Source: Octopus bimaculoides (taxonomy: Eukaryota). From it: a stretch of DNA of 53,580 bases. Where the stretch lies: the NCBI RefSeq assembly GCF_001194135.2, contig NC_068983.1, positions 141,523,613-141,577,192 on the forward strand, read 5' to 3'. The translations under genes and the position numbers were made by a program. Positions 26,001 through 39,700 of this stretch are shown here, piece by piece. Numbering within the stretch: position 1 is the first letter of the stretch; the number at the start of each line of letters is the position of its first letter. The notes beneath the pieces were generated by a model. It saw nothing but the letters and a program-made list of their open reading frames with translations, was not told the origin of the DNA and did not search any database.

Positions 26001-29000
26001 TTAACTATTTTTAACCTAAATACATTTACTAGATTTATACTAAAATGCTTGTTCAATTACTGATATTTTATGACTAGATTCAATTTCAAATTGTTGCTAG
26101 TGTTATTTGTATTAACCCTGAATACATAAAAAGTGAAGTTGATTCTGGTATGATTTTAAGTCAAAATGTTGAGAGATGAAATTAGATATGAGCAGTTAAG
26201 TGTTCTACTAGCTTTTACTTCTTAAAGCATTAATACCAGTTGCAATATTGATTCCTTGCCTAAGAGCAGTGGAAGTAGTGGTGATATTAAGAGCAACAAG
26301 GAAAAATAATTACATATTTTGATTTTATGTTTTTATAGTCAATATTGATATACTATGAGAATTTGCTTTACTTTTCATTTCACTATAATTAGTAGAATAA
26401 GTAACGGTAATATTTTGAAGTGAATTCAACTACTTGTTTCATCTATCCTACAAAAATTGGTTTTGTACTCAAATATACAAGCGTAAAGTGTCAGATTAAT
26501 GATTTTTCTCATGAAATTAACAAAGAAAAGAAAGGCTTTTCACACTTCCAAAACAAATTAGTTCACTAATTTCTATTTAAGATATTATAACCCTTTTGAT
26601 AGAAAATGAAAATGATGATGATGATGATGTGGTGATGGTGGCGGCAATGGTAGTGGTGGTGGTGGTGGTGGTGGTGGTGTTTGCTTTTGTTGATTAAATG
26701 CAGGTTAATTTTTATTGAGCACACCTGTTGCATTCAAGTAAACAGTTGAATGATGAAGTGTGACTTGCAGATCTACCTGTTCCATGTGTAGCAGAAGTGA
26801 TTTACACTGTCATTATGTATGAGATGTTTTCATTTTGACTCATCTAGGCTTAAATACCTGGATCTCGGCTCCTCAAGCCTTTTCGTTCCAGCAGGTCACA
26901 TGACATTGTGATTAGCCAAATTTGCAGTTCATATTGGTTGGTTTCCAGCCGTCCAATCGTGTTGGTGCAACAGTTCATTTTTCCTTACGCAGGAAATTAA
27001 TCACCAGCTCTAAGAGACTACTGATCTCTATAAGAACGATAGTTCTTGACTAAGCTTTGTCTTTGGCACATGCCACTATCCACATGCTACTCGTCTCTGG
27101 CAACAATGTATCTGACACCAGCCAGCCTCCACTTTCATCTACACCAGACCCCTGCCTACATCACTGTTGTATGAACATCAAACAACCAACAGACCAGCAG
27201 CTGCCTCTATGTTTACAAGATCAATAATCCAGCCTAACCATGAAGTCGCTCACACAGCTTTGTTGTAACCTGTTATGTTATTTTATATTATGTATAGCAA
27301 TCATTGTATTTTATAATGGAGAATAAATCGTCACTTGCCAGTTCATTTCATCTCAAGTCATATATCATTTCCACATTTCTCTCATTAACTCTTCTTCATT
27401 ATACAGGTATACCATGTCTGTACCTATCAGTGTATCCATATTACACACTTCAACATACAACAGTTAAATTGCATAAGAAGTAGTGCTGTAGTCTGGGTGT
27501 GCTGCTCTTTCTGGCTTGGTGATGCTTGTGATGGCAGTGACAGTGAAAATTGTAGTGATGCTGGTGATGGTGGTGGTAGTTTTGATGGTTGTGATTATTC
27601 TGATACTAGTGATGGCTGAGATGGTAACAATTAAGATGATGAGAAATATCATCATCATCATCATCATCATCATGAAAATAATATTTCTTGAAATGAATGT
27701 TTAAACTTTTTTTCTTTTTGTTAAATGATAATCCTAACACCTAAAAATAATTTTGGGAATTTATCACTTTTTCAGAAAAGATATATTTGAACAAAACTAA
27801 ATGTACATAAAACTTACTTGTACAATTAGATTCATCTTCTCCATCAGGGCAATTGTTTATCCCATCACATTTTGCTGTATAAGGGTAGCATGTGTAGTTA
27901 TTATTACAGAGTTTCCAGTTTTCCCCACAGTCTTTTAAATGGAAAAAAAAATAACAACATTAATAATAGTATATAGTGCTTGCTGTCAATACTTATCAAT
28001 CATTGTGTAAGTACTCTTTAGTGGAGGTGCAATGGCCCAGTGGTTAGGGCAGCAGACTCGCGGTCATAGGATCATGGTTTTGATTCCCAGACCGGACGTT
28101 GTGAGTATTTATTGAGCGAAAACATCTAAGGCTCCATGAGGCTCCGGCAGGGGATGGTGGCGAACCCTGCTGTACTCTTTCACCACAACTTTCTCTCACT
28201 CTTACTTCCTGTTTTTGTTGTGCCTGTAATTCAAAGGGTCAGCCTTGTCACACTGTGTCATGCTGAATATCCCCGAGAACTATGTTAAGGGTACACGTGT
28301 CTGTGGAGTGCTCAGCCACTTGCAAGTTAATTTCACGAGTAGGCTGTTCCGTTGATCAGATCAACTGGAACCCTCGACATCGTAAGCAACGGAGTGCCAA
28401 CAACTCTTTAGGAAAAATACTCTGAAGTTAAAATCCAGCCTGATACAATGTACATTTTTAAGAATAAAATACCTGATTTTCATCACAGGCCCACTAGTTT
28501 AAATTCTTGTTTAAAGAGAAACACAGGAGATGAGTATAATTGTCTCGTGAAATTCAATTAAATTTGAAGATAGTCAACTAAATGTAGATAGGAGAGACAT
28601 ATCTTTTAATAACACTGCTGAATGAGGCTAGATCTTTTGATTTGTTTGTACTCTATGCATACCATCCTTTAAGTGTTGTTAGGTTTCATATGATTGAAAT
28701 AGAAGTTTTATTTTTATTTATTTATTTTTTTTTTTTTTTTTTTTTTTTTGAAATATAAATAAATTGCAAATGGAAAGTATGAACTATTACAGCCAGTTTG
28801 TATATTTGTGTACACATGTACTTGTCATATCCTCTTTAATGATATTTTTTGCTTATTACTCACAATAAATATATCTAGAAAAATAAAGATTTGCTTGGTC
28901 TTACCTGTATGCGAACACTTTCCTGGGGTTGTTGAAACACTATCAAATGCCACAGTTCCATATGTGTTGTTTTTCCAGTATATATAAGAAATATTGTGTC

Positions 29001-31449
29001 TTCCTTTTGGTAGAGTAATTTTGACATTCCTCCAGTTATCAACATCAAATTTAGAAAGACCCATTAGGAAAGTATCGTTGTTATAGACTGATACATTGCC
29101 ATTACCAAAGAATGTATAATAAAAGTTCAAACAGAAAGTATCTTCTATGGTTATTGTAGGTAATTCTAGACGACTTAACCCTCTAGAACTTGACATCACA
29201 TACTGACCTAAAAAATAAAATATTTATTATAAACATCTTCATCATCTGTGACCAAGCATTTAAAGTGAGTGAAAAAAGCTTTTAAAATTAATTCATTCAT
29301 TAGTAAGAAAATGTTTTTTTTTCCTGCATAAGTGTAAGATGTATGATATGATACAGTAATGAAACAGAAAAGAACCAGTACTTATTCTTCAGTGATGAAA
29401 TAGCAATTACTTGAGTACTGTCCATTGTATAAGTTAATTATTAAGTGGATTGAGAACATGCTTGTAGTAATGAGAGTGAATACTAGATGAAGATAGTGTG
29501 CAATGGAAATGCATTTAGAAGTCAAGCATAGATTGAGAAGTAATTTGAACTAAGAAAATTGAACATCACAGATCAAATCATATAAAAATGAAAGATTGAT
29601 ATACATTAGGAGTAATAGTTGTTGCAGTCATTTCCAACATATGCTATTGTAGAAAAATAAACAGCAAGGAGTTTAATTATCAAAATATATTTTACCTTCA
29701 TAAGTTCTTTCTGAATGATCAAGTTTTGGTCTTTGACTAGACAAACCATTACTTAAAGTCCAAGAATCTCTTTCTGGGAAACTTTTAAAACCACACATAT
29801 TTGTATCTTCAAAATCACAGCTGAAGAATGTTACTGAAATTCATAAGATCAGTAAAAGATCAAATAATTGCCAAAAATTATTTTACACTAGCAGTGTTTA
29901 ATGGACTCATTCTTAAGTGTTAGTATAAAGTTTCATCTTGCAATTTCAGATTTTTATTTATTTATTGTTTCTCAGATAGGTTTTATAGAAATCAGTGATT
30001 CAGCAACAATAATTATTGCTTCCATGGCTAATTTTGCACAAATAAACCGGCTGTGCTCTGATGCTTTAAAGAATATATATTGATAATTGTAATGAAACAT
30101 TAATTATGCAAAAAGTTTGCATTTATGTTTATTACAATCAATAAACTGATAAAATTTAGCAAATAAACAGTTTATTATGAAACAGTTTCAAATGACGAAT
30201 TTCAAGATTATGATAAAAATATATATTCCATCCCCACTGCACTTCATTACTATATCTTTTAACAGTTTGCCAACAATTTCTTATAAAGACTACTTGGTTT
30301 GTATTAATAGGGAATCCATTTCTGTAAATAATTACTTGCAGCTAAAAATTTTCTACAATTTCAAACATATAAAATGGATACAAAAGACCTGTAATATATG
30401 AATTGCATTTAGAATGGAAAAATGAATCTTACATTCACATGTTATATTACTTATGGAAATATAATCCAAATAAGCATATTCCTTCATGGATGTATTTGCA
30501 TTTGCAGTCATCTGAAAGCCCAGCCCTATTTCCTGTGAAAATTGGAAATTTATACAAGCTGTAGTGAATTCTGTAATATTATTGTAATTTGAAGACCAAA
30601 TGTTATTTCTTGACTTAGCACCATAAGTAAACACTGCAATCTCTTTTGTATATTCTGTCATTTTGTATTTAAAGCTGACACTTGAATTTACTTTCACAAA
30701 AGCTTGAGGAGACTTCATCTCAAACATATTTTCAGTGTCTGAATATGAATGAATAAAGTAATACCAGCAATATAGGGAATTAAATCTATTTTCAATACTC
30801 TTAACAAAGAATATAATATACCATAAATGTAGCAAAAGTGTAGACAACTGCCATTAGAATTCTGGACTTTAATTTCAGTTTTGATTGTTACTGTTTCTCT
30901 TCTTTGATTCTGAACATTTTTCTAGGAAGTCTATAGACTAACCATTTTAATCCCTTTTGAGGTTTTACATATGCATAAGCTAGAGAAAATAAAGGGAGAA
31001 TGTTTTATTTTTAATATCTACGTAGCAATTTTGGACAGTTAACTGGTGATGGTAAGTTATATCTAAAGCCAGCTATATATGTAGGACTCTAAAGCCATTA
31101 GATCTGGAAAGCCCCACTTGAAGACTTCAACTACATGTCGTGTATTTAGGGCAAGTCAACATGATTAAGCTTACATCTCATCAAACTATATAAAATAATA
31201 ACTGAACTTGATATTTATCATCATCATCATTTTAATGTTCATTTATCCATGCTTATATGGGGCAGATGGAATTTGTGAGGTAGAATTTTTATGGCCATAT
31301 GTCCGTCCTGTCACCAACCCTAATCTGTTTCCAAGTAAAGTAATATTCCCTCATGGCAAGACATGTTTTCACAGAAGACTGGAAACTAAGGACAATGCTT
31401 GCATGATAGTGACATACATTTACAAGTATTACACAATGTCAAGCAAGAC

Positions 31450-31490
<41 letters not shown>

Positions 31491-33695
31491 TATACATGCA
31501 AAGACAAAATATTTAAGTATTACCAGGGCATGCTTTCATTTCAACAGAGACATTATCTATTGCAATGTCTCCCAGGTAGGAGTCTCCTCTTTCAGCAATG
31601 AAGATGATATCATTTATGTCATATTCAATAAATAAACACACTTTGTGCCAATATAATCCTTGGTCTCCTTTCATTCTCCATACTATTTTCTCATCAGATT
31701 TATTTTTAAATTTTACATATAATTGACCAATTCCACTTCCATGCATACTATATGCAAACTTCAGACTTTTTTCTTTGACATTAGAAACTGGAAACTTCAA
31801 CTCTGCAGTATCAATAGGCTTTCCATAAGAAGATTCTGCATAAATATAGTATCCTATAAAAACAAAATATGAAATAATTGATTCACAAGTGATTTATTAA
31901 CAATTTAGACAATATTATTGAATGTTAAATTTAAAGATCAACATATATATAAGAAATATTTTACATTTAATGTTTTCTATTTTTGTACAGAGAAAGTCCA
32001 TTATAAAATGTATCTGATTACAAATTTTGTATTAAAAAAGAAGTTAACTAAAACAAAAACAATTTACCATCTTTACTATTTGAATTGTCAGTGTCAGGTC
32101 CTGTTCCATTTGTTGGTGTTCCTCCAATAATCCTCCTCCACGTATATTCACTGGGGTTCATACAAGTAATTATGTATTTACAAAGTAATGGGTTGTCAAA
32201 GGTGCACACATGATTTGTGATCCCAGCTACAATAGAAAATAATAACATTTTCTTACAATGGTAGAAGTATCAAAATTTATTAAAGAATTTTGCAACTGAA
32301 TGGCTCAACTTCAGTGTATGACTCCATGTATATTTCCTAGAAGACAACACCAAACTCTTGTATTGGCAGGAGGGACATTGTGGTTGTGCAGGTAATGATC
32401 TGTTTTGAGAACGAACAGGCATTGAAGCCCTAATTAGCAGAAAACTACAGGTTTACAGGAGGACCTGCGCCCCCTGTTCAAATTAGCAACTGGAAAACAA
32501 ACCATGACAAAACAACCATAAAATCCACATTCACTCTCAGACTGTTTACATATCATTCAAGCAATCACTACTACCATCATTATCATCATAATCATCACAA
32601 TTTTTGTATGAAGTAATTGCATCATGCTCTATAGGGATTACACATTAATAATACACAATTCATTTAAAAAAGGTTTCAGTGTTTAGAAAATGATTGAATG
32701 CAGGCTTGGAGGTAGTGGTGATGCCGACTGGTGTGATTTTGTGGTTTGCTGGTATGCCAAGAGAGATCCATTGGGCACCTAACTGGTTCCCTGATCTTAA
32801 AGGTGTAATGTGGATGTGTAATGACGGAGTGTCTGGTGTGGTGGTGGTGCTAGCTGGTGCAGTGGTCTTCTTCACAGTACTTCATGCTATACAATATTTT
32901 GTGTGTATGTCACTACCACGTTTTTTGGCTTTGTCTGTTATCTCAATTGATTGTCATAACTCTTACTATATTGTTCATAGCACATGCTCTTGAAAATGCG
33001 ACATATAATTGACCATGAGAAAATACCGGTTGAGGTAAATGTATTCCAAGTTTTTCAAATGTTTGCCCTTGAACCTTATTAATTGTCATTGAATATGCAA
33101 GTCGAAGTGGAAACTGAAGTCTATTTAGTGTTAATGGATTATTTGCATCACTTGGGCTAAGTTTAATTCTGGGAATTAGAACTGTATGACCTCTGTTGGA
33201 GCCTGTTACCAATGATGCCTCTATACAATGTTCATGAAGTCTTTGTACTTTCATGCAAGTTCCATTACATAATCCTTGACTGATCAAAAGATTTCTTAGC
33301 AGCATTACAATAGCCCCTACTTTTAAGTTGAGGTGATGAGGAGGTATACCGGATGGAGTGAGTGAGTTTATGAATTCAAACAGATAGATCTGAACCTCCT
33401 CTTCATTATTGCCAGACACTGAATCTGTGCTTAAGTACGTTTTAAGTGCCTCTGGTATAATATTAAGAACTTTCTCATTTATTGCAAAGCAGTCAGAATT
33501 TTTAGGAGATAAAATTACTCATTTTTCCATTTCTTTTGGCGTGCAGTTGTTGAAAATGTCTGAGTACAAATGTGCAAATTGAAATGCAAAAGAATGAAAT
33601 AATAAATGGATTTATAAATGAAAGTTTGATAACTGCGTTTATTTCCACCACGTGACACTTATTATTGCAAACATGTTTTAACTAACCTAAACTAT

Positions 33696-33731
<36 letters not shown>

Positions 33732-36700
33732 GCACACACAAATACATTCAAATATATGTCTCGAGTTGTAGCTGTAATTCAAGGTACCAGCCTTATCATA
33801 TTCTGTGTGAGGCTGATTCTCCCTGAGAACTACGGTAATGTTATGCCTGTCTGTGGAGTATTCAACCATTTGTGAGTTAATTTTATCATTTGTGGTAATG
33901 CAAAGTGAAATTGACAACCAATATTTGCTGTCTATGTATCTATGTATGAACTGTCTCTCTTACTTTCTCTCTTTCTCTTTCACTTCCTTTGTGCCCCTCT
34001 TCTCTCCCGCTTTTGATTTAACAATGTGTATATGTTTCTATGTATCTACTTCTCTTACCGTGTGATAAACATTTAAAAACACAAAACGAATGCTATCACC
34101 ACTCACTGTCTCTTTCCCCTTCTCTCTCACTTTTTCTCTCTCTCACTTTTTCTCTCTCTCACTCTCTTTCTTTCTCTCTTACATCCTCTCTAAAAATAAG
34201 ATTGAAGCTATCAACACCTGGGTGGTAATTGCATGGACAGTAGACGAATTAAACAGCTTAGACAGAAAGACAAAGAAGTTAATTACTAGATATGGGTCAC
34301 TCCACCCAAAAAGTGACACAGACAGACTGTATGTACCAAGAAAACGAAGAGGAAGAGGACTGATTGGATGCGAACACAGTATTAGAGCAGAAGAAAAGAA
34401 CATAGCATGATATGTAAAAAATGCCACAGAACCGCTATCATTAGAATTAAGAAGGCCAGGCTTGTGTAGGATGAAAGATTGCAAAGATAAAGCACTACAC
34501 AAGAAATTGAAAATGAATGAAACTGAAAATAGGTGGGTAAAAAAAGAATGCATGGTCAATTTCATAAGGATGTTGAAGATAAGACAGACAGAGAAAAAAG
34601 ATGACTGTGGATGACTAAAAGTGATTTAAAACTGGAAACGGAGGCTTTAATCTGTGCTGCCCAAGAGCAGGCACTAAGAACAAACTACATAAAATACAGA
34701 ATAGACAACACGGCAGAAACTGATAAGTGCAGAATCTGTTGACGACAAAACGTTGAAACTGTATGGCATATTACCAGCCAATGTACTCCATTAGTCCAGA
34801 AGGAATACAAGAGACGCCACGACAATATAGCCGGGCTTGTACATTGGACATTCTGCAACAAGTATGGACTTGACAGAGCAAAAAATTAGTATGACCACAA
34901 ACCTGAAGGCATCATTGTAAATAGAAATGCAAAGATCCTATGGGATTTTATGATTCAGTGGGACCATGAGATAGAGAATAGGAAGCAGGACATAGTCTTA
35001 AGTGAGAAAGAAAACAAACTAGGCTGGATCATAGACATAGCATGCCCAGCTGACAACAAGGCATGTGATAAGGAAGAAAGAAAAGTCAAGGGATATGACA
35101 GGTTAGCTTGGGAAGTTAAGCAGTTGTGGTTGATGAAAAAGGTAGCGATAGTGCCAATAATTGCTGGAGCCCTGGGAACAGTGAGCAAAAATCTTGAGAA
35201 GTATGTGGAACAAATAAGGACTGCAATAAGGGTGGAGCACTTTCAGAAAACAGCACTGCTTGGAACTGCTCAAATACTCAAGATGATGCTCGAAAAATAA
35301 GGGGTGTTACCTTAGTTCACTGGTAGTGAACAGCTGACACCGTAATACATCTCCAGCATTAGAAACTGTGCAAAGACAATAAATAGTCATGCAAGAATTC
35401 AAGCAGCATTTAGACACCAATGTAACATTAAATGCTGCCTTATGTATGGGTCAACTTGTATAGCAGCTAATTTTGAATTTTGTTTTATTTAATACACTGT
35501 TTGGTCAACTATCTGAAAGTTACAGATGCAAGCTAATTTCAATTACATCTTTTTATAACTATTTTATTTCATTTGTATTGCTAATGACCATAGAAAAGAT
35601 ATGAAAGTAGACATTAAAATGACACACAAGCAGAGAGATCTTCAATCTGCATTTAACCAACATCATTAATACTAATCATCTATTGATGCTTAACTTTACA
35701 AGACTTAAAGTAATTAAACAGAAGAGGCTTAAGAAAGCAATTAAGCATTAAAATTATCATTCAGCGTATTGCACAAAAGACATGTAAACATGGACATATG
35801 GTGTGAATAGATAATATATATTGCTGTTAAGCCTGGATCAGCCCTGAGTGAACAGATCTATTTTCAAAGTCTTCCTAGCAGTGGAAGTATAAAGATCTGA
35901 GGAAAGAATTAAACTTACTTAAATGAAATATGAGAAAATTTTCCTAAAAAATACAACACAGATGTAAAATATCCAAACATCACTTGTCTTGTAAAGATAG
36001 AAATCAAATCTACTTACTCTGACAAAGGCCTTCAGCAATGACAATATCATCAAGAGCGATTTTAGAAGTTTTTAACCTTCCAGAAAAGCCAATGAATATG
36101 ATTCTTCCTTTTTTACTTGGTAGATTCATGCAACCATATTGCCATTTAGTTCCATGGTCTCCAAAATCTTGCCAGAAATATGGAGTTTTAGAAGACCATT
36201 TTTCAAGTCCATCCTCCACAAATCTTACTTGTAGCTCACCATTTGCAATCCCAGGCATGTAGTAATAAAATGTAACTTTGGCTTTCAACAACGGAATATC
36301 AATGAAAGGCGATATCAGGGAGTTTCTATTCACTGTATTGTAGTTACTATGAAATACCAAATAATCTCCTATAAAATAGACAGGAAAGTTATGATTATTC
36401 CCACTTTCATTGTTTCTTGACAAATGGGCAGCAATTTGCTAAGATACATTTACAGAATAAAATAACTTCCAAATTAAGCAATTATAAATTGAAAATCAAA
36501 AAACTTATTTCAGTTTCTCTAAAAGATAAGAAAAACAATCACAGAAAGAATTTTAAAATTTAGTTAAGTGATTTGATGCCTTAGTTGCATTTACCACAGT
36601 GATCAAGTCTATAAATGTTGTTCTCATAATTTTTAAACAAAAATCTTTAGCTAGCAATTCATCCTATGATACTGCAAATCTTCATTTTTGACATCAATCG

Positions 36701-39700
36701 TTTTTACAAGCTTTTCTTCCCAAAGTTACAGCCATCCATGTGCTTAGTGTAACATGGTTTTGTATATGATTGTGTCTATTGATTAACATTTTATTATTTC
36801 TACTTGAAATAAAAATATCAAGAACATGAATAATTACCATAATTAGAATGATCTTCCAGATCAGATATCTTCTCAATTCTCCAGCCACCACTTATCTCAT
36901 TATTTTCAATATCATAATTGCAAGTGTTTTCATTAAAATTACAGCTAACATTCCATTCTGCAATTAATGCAAAAAATTGATTTAATAAGTTAGTTCAATT
37001 ATTTCTGACTACTCTTCATGCTTTGAGATTTGTGAGCAGACTCAAACTACTAAACTCACTGGAAATTTCCAAATGAAATCCAGTTTTCCAAAAGAAATCC
37101 AGTTTTCCAAAATAAATCCAGTTTTATACTTGTTTGTATCTATAAGGTATCTTTACTGTATAATTTGAGGTTTTCCCTGTGTCTAGGCTCTTCTACCAAA
37201 GCTGAACTATGAATAAATTATCATTTTTGATGGTCATTTATCATTCAACCATACTAAAGGATCTGTCCATCACAGCTGACATCAGATGATTACACTCTCA
37301 ATATTCTTCAAGTTTACATATTTCAGAATACAGGCATCTGATTATTTATCTTGAAGGGTGATACCTAGGGACTTTTTCTTTTAATATTTTTTGTGTTAGT
37401 AACCAAATTTAATCATCATCATCATCATCATCATCATCGTTTAACGTCGGCTTTCCATGCTAGCATGGGTTGGACGATTTGACTGAGGACTGGTGAAACC
37501 GGATGGCAACACCAGGCTCCAATCTAAATTTGGCAGAGTTTCTACAGCTGGATGCCCTTCCTAACGCCAACCACTCAGAGAGTGTAGTAGGTGCTTTTAC
37601 GTGTCACCCGCACGAAAGCCAGTCAGGCGATACTGGCAACAGCCACGCTCGAAATGGTGTCTTTTATGTGCCACCCGCACAAGCCAGTCCAGGGGCACTG
37701 GCAACAATCTCGCTCGAAAATCCTACATAGGCCAGTAAGGCGGTACTGGCAACGGCCACGCTCAAAATGGTGGTACTGGCAACGGCCACGCTCAAAATGG
37801 TGANNNNNNNNNNNNNNNNNNNNNTTTTTTGTGTTAGTAACCAAATTTAATCATCATCATCATCATCATCATCATCGTTTAACGTCGGCTTTCCATGCTA
37901 GCATGGGTTGGACGATTTGACTGAGGACTGGTGAAACCGGATGGCAACACCAGGCTCCAATCTAAATTTGGCAGAGTTTCTACAGCTGGATGCCCTTCCT
38001 AACGCCAACCACTCAGAGAGTGTAGTAGGTGCTTTTACGTGTCACCCGCACGAAAGCCAGTCAGGCGATACTGGCAACAGCCACGCTCGAAATGGTGTCT
38101 TTTATGTGCCACCCGCACAAGCCAGTCCAGGGGCACTGGCAACAATCTCGCTCGAAAATCCTACATAGGCCAGTAAGGCGGTACTGGCAACGGCCACGCT
38201 CAAAATGGTGGTACTGGCAACGGCCACGCTCAAAATGGTGATCTGTTCACATTTATTTAGGGATAGATATTTGTTGGATGTAGGTTATTCTACACACAGA
38301 TGCACAAAGTCATAGGTGGAAATACTACATGCATGTACCTATATCTATCTTTTTCTTTATTTCAGAATGTGTATTAAAACATCAAAACAAGAGTGCTAAT
38401 CAAGAGACAATATATTTCTAATTCGAATAACAATTTGAGCAAAATACTGGTTGCTGAAATGTTTGGTGTATTTGATTGTAATACATAGTGACTACATTTG
38501 TTTATTCAAGCAAATAATCCCTCTTCTTATATTAACAACTCTAAATTTCCTAGTCCTTTTCGGATTGTGATACATAAAGTACAAAGTGCAACATTCATAT
38601 ATCAACTGTACATTATTGTTGTTTTTGATTGGCTGCATGTCATTACTGCTTGAGCAGACATATGGTCAAAGGCTTTCCACCTTAACCATCCTGTCTTTTT
38701 ACTTATATATCAATATACATTATCTAATACTCTCTCTCTCTTTTACTTGTTTCAGTCATTTGACTGCAGCCATGCTGGAGCACCGCCTTTAGTCGAATCA
38801 AATCGACCCCAGGACTTATTCTTTAAAAGCCTAGTACTTATTCTATCGGTCTCTTTTGCTGAACTGTTAAGTTACGGGGACCTAAACACACCAGCATCAG
38901 TTGTCAAGCGATGTTGGGGGAACAAACACAGACACACAAACATATACATATATATACATATATACGACGGGCTTCTTTCAGTTTCCGTCTACCAAATCCA
39001 CTCACAAGGCTTTGGTCGGCCTGAGGCTATAGTAGAAGACACTTGCCCAAGGTGCCACGCAGTGGGACTGAACCCAGAACCTTGTGGNNNNNNNNNNNNN
39101 NNNNNNNNNNNNNNNNNNNNNNNNNNNNNNNNNNNNNNNNNNNNNNNNNNNNNNNNNNNNNNNNNNNNNNNNNNNNNNNNNNNNNNNNNNNNNNNNNNNN
39201 NNNNNNNNNNNNNNNNNNNNNNNNNNNNNNNNNNNNNNNNNNNNNNNNNNNNNNNNNNNNNNNNNNNNNNNNNNNNNNNNNNNNNNNNNNNNNNNNNNNN
39301 NNNNNNNNNNNNNNNNNNNNNNNNNNNNNNNNNNNNNNNNNNNNNNNNNNNNNNNNNNNNNNNNNNNNNNNNNNNNNNNNNNNNNNNNNNNNNNNNNNNN
39401 NNNNNNNNNNNNNNNNNNNNNNNNNNNNNNNNNNNNNNNNNNNNNNNNNNNNNNNNNNNNNNNNNNNNNNNNNNNNNNNNNNNNNNNNNNNNNNNNNNNN
39501 NNNNNNNNNNNNNNNNNNNNNNNNNNNNNNNNNNNNNNNNNNNNNNNNNNNNNNNNNNNNNNNNNNNNNNNNNNNNNNNNNNNNNNNNNNNNNNNNNNNN
39601 NNNNNNNNNNNNNNNNNNNNNNNNNNNNNNNNNNNNNNNNNNNNNNNNNNNNNNNNNNNNNNNNNNNNNNNNNNNNNNNNNNNNNNNNNNNNNNNNNNNN

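Noticed and set aside
27464-27704. Thr/Ile-rich, mucin-like ORF
   Set aside because: Decayed GAT/GGT triplet microsatellite with no convincing splice sites.
28022-28100. tRNA gene
   Set aside because: A/B boxes are present but there is no cloverleaf, and the sequence continues into a SINE body with TSDs. The same holds at about 41720-41800.
32337-32880. 3-prime terminus of the helicase-bearing Helitron at CTAG 32337-32340
   Set aside because: No clear subterminal hairpin, and the next base is G rather than T, so the boundary is unsupported.
36590-36760. GCNFG... and RLDHC-G|GT resembling a MAM N-exon
   Set aside because: Interrupted by stops and frame changes; the real MAM2 N-exon is at 36838-36957.
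37076-37127. 19-bp tandem repeat (about 2.6 copies) as a CRISPR-like array
   Set aside because: No spacers; a simple slippage duplication in eukaryotic DNA.
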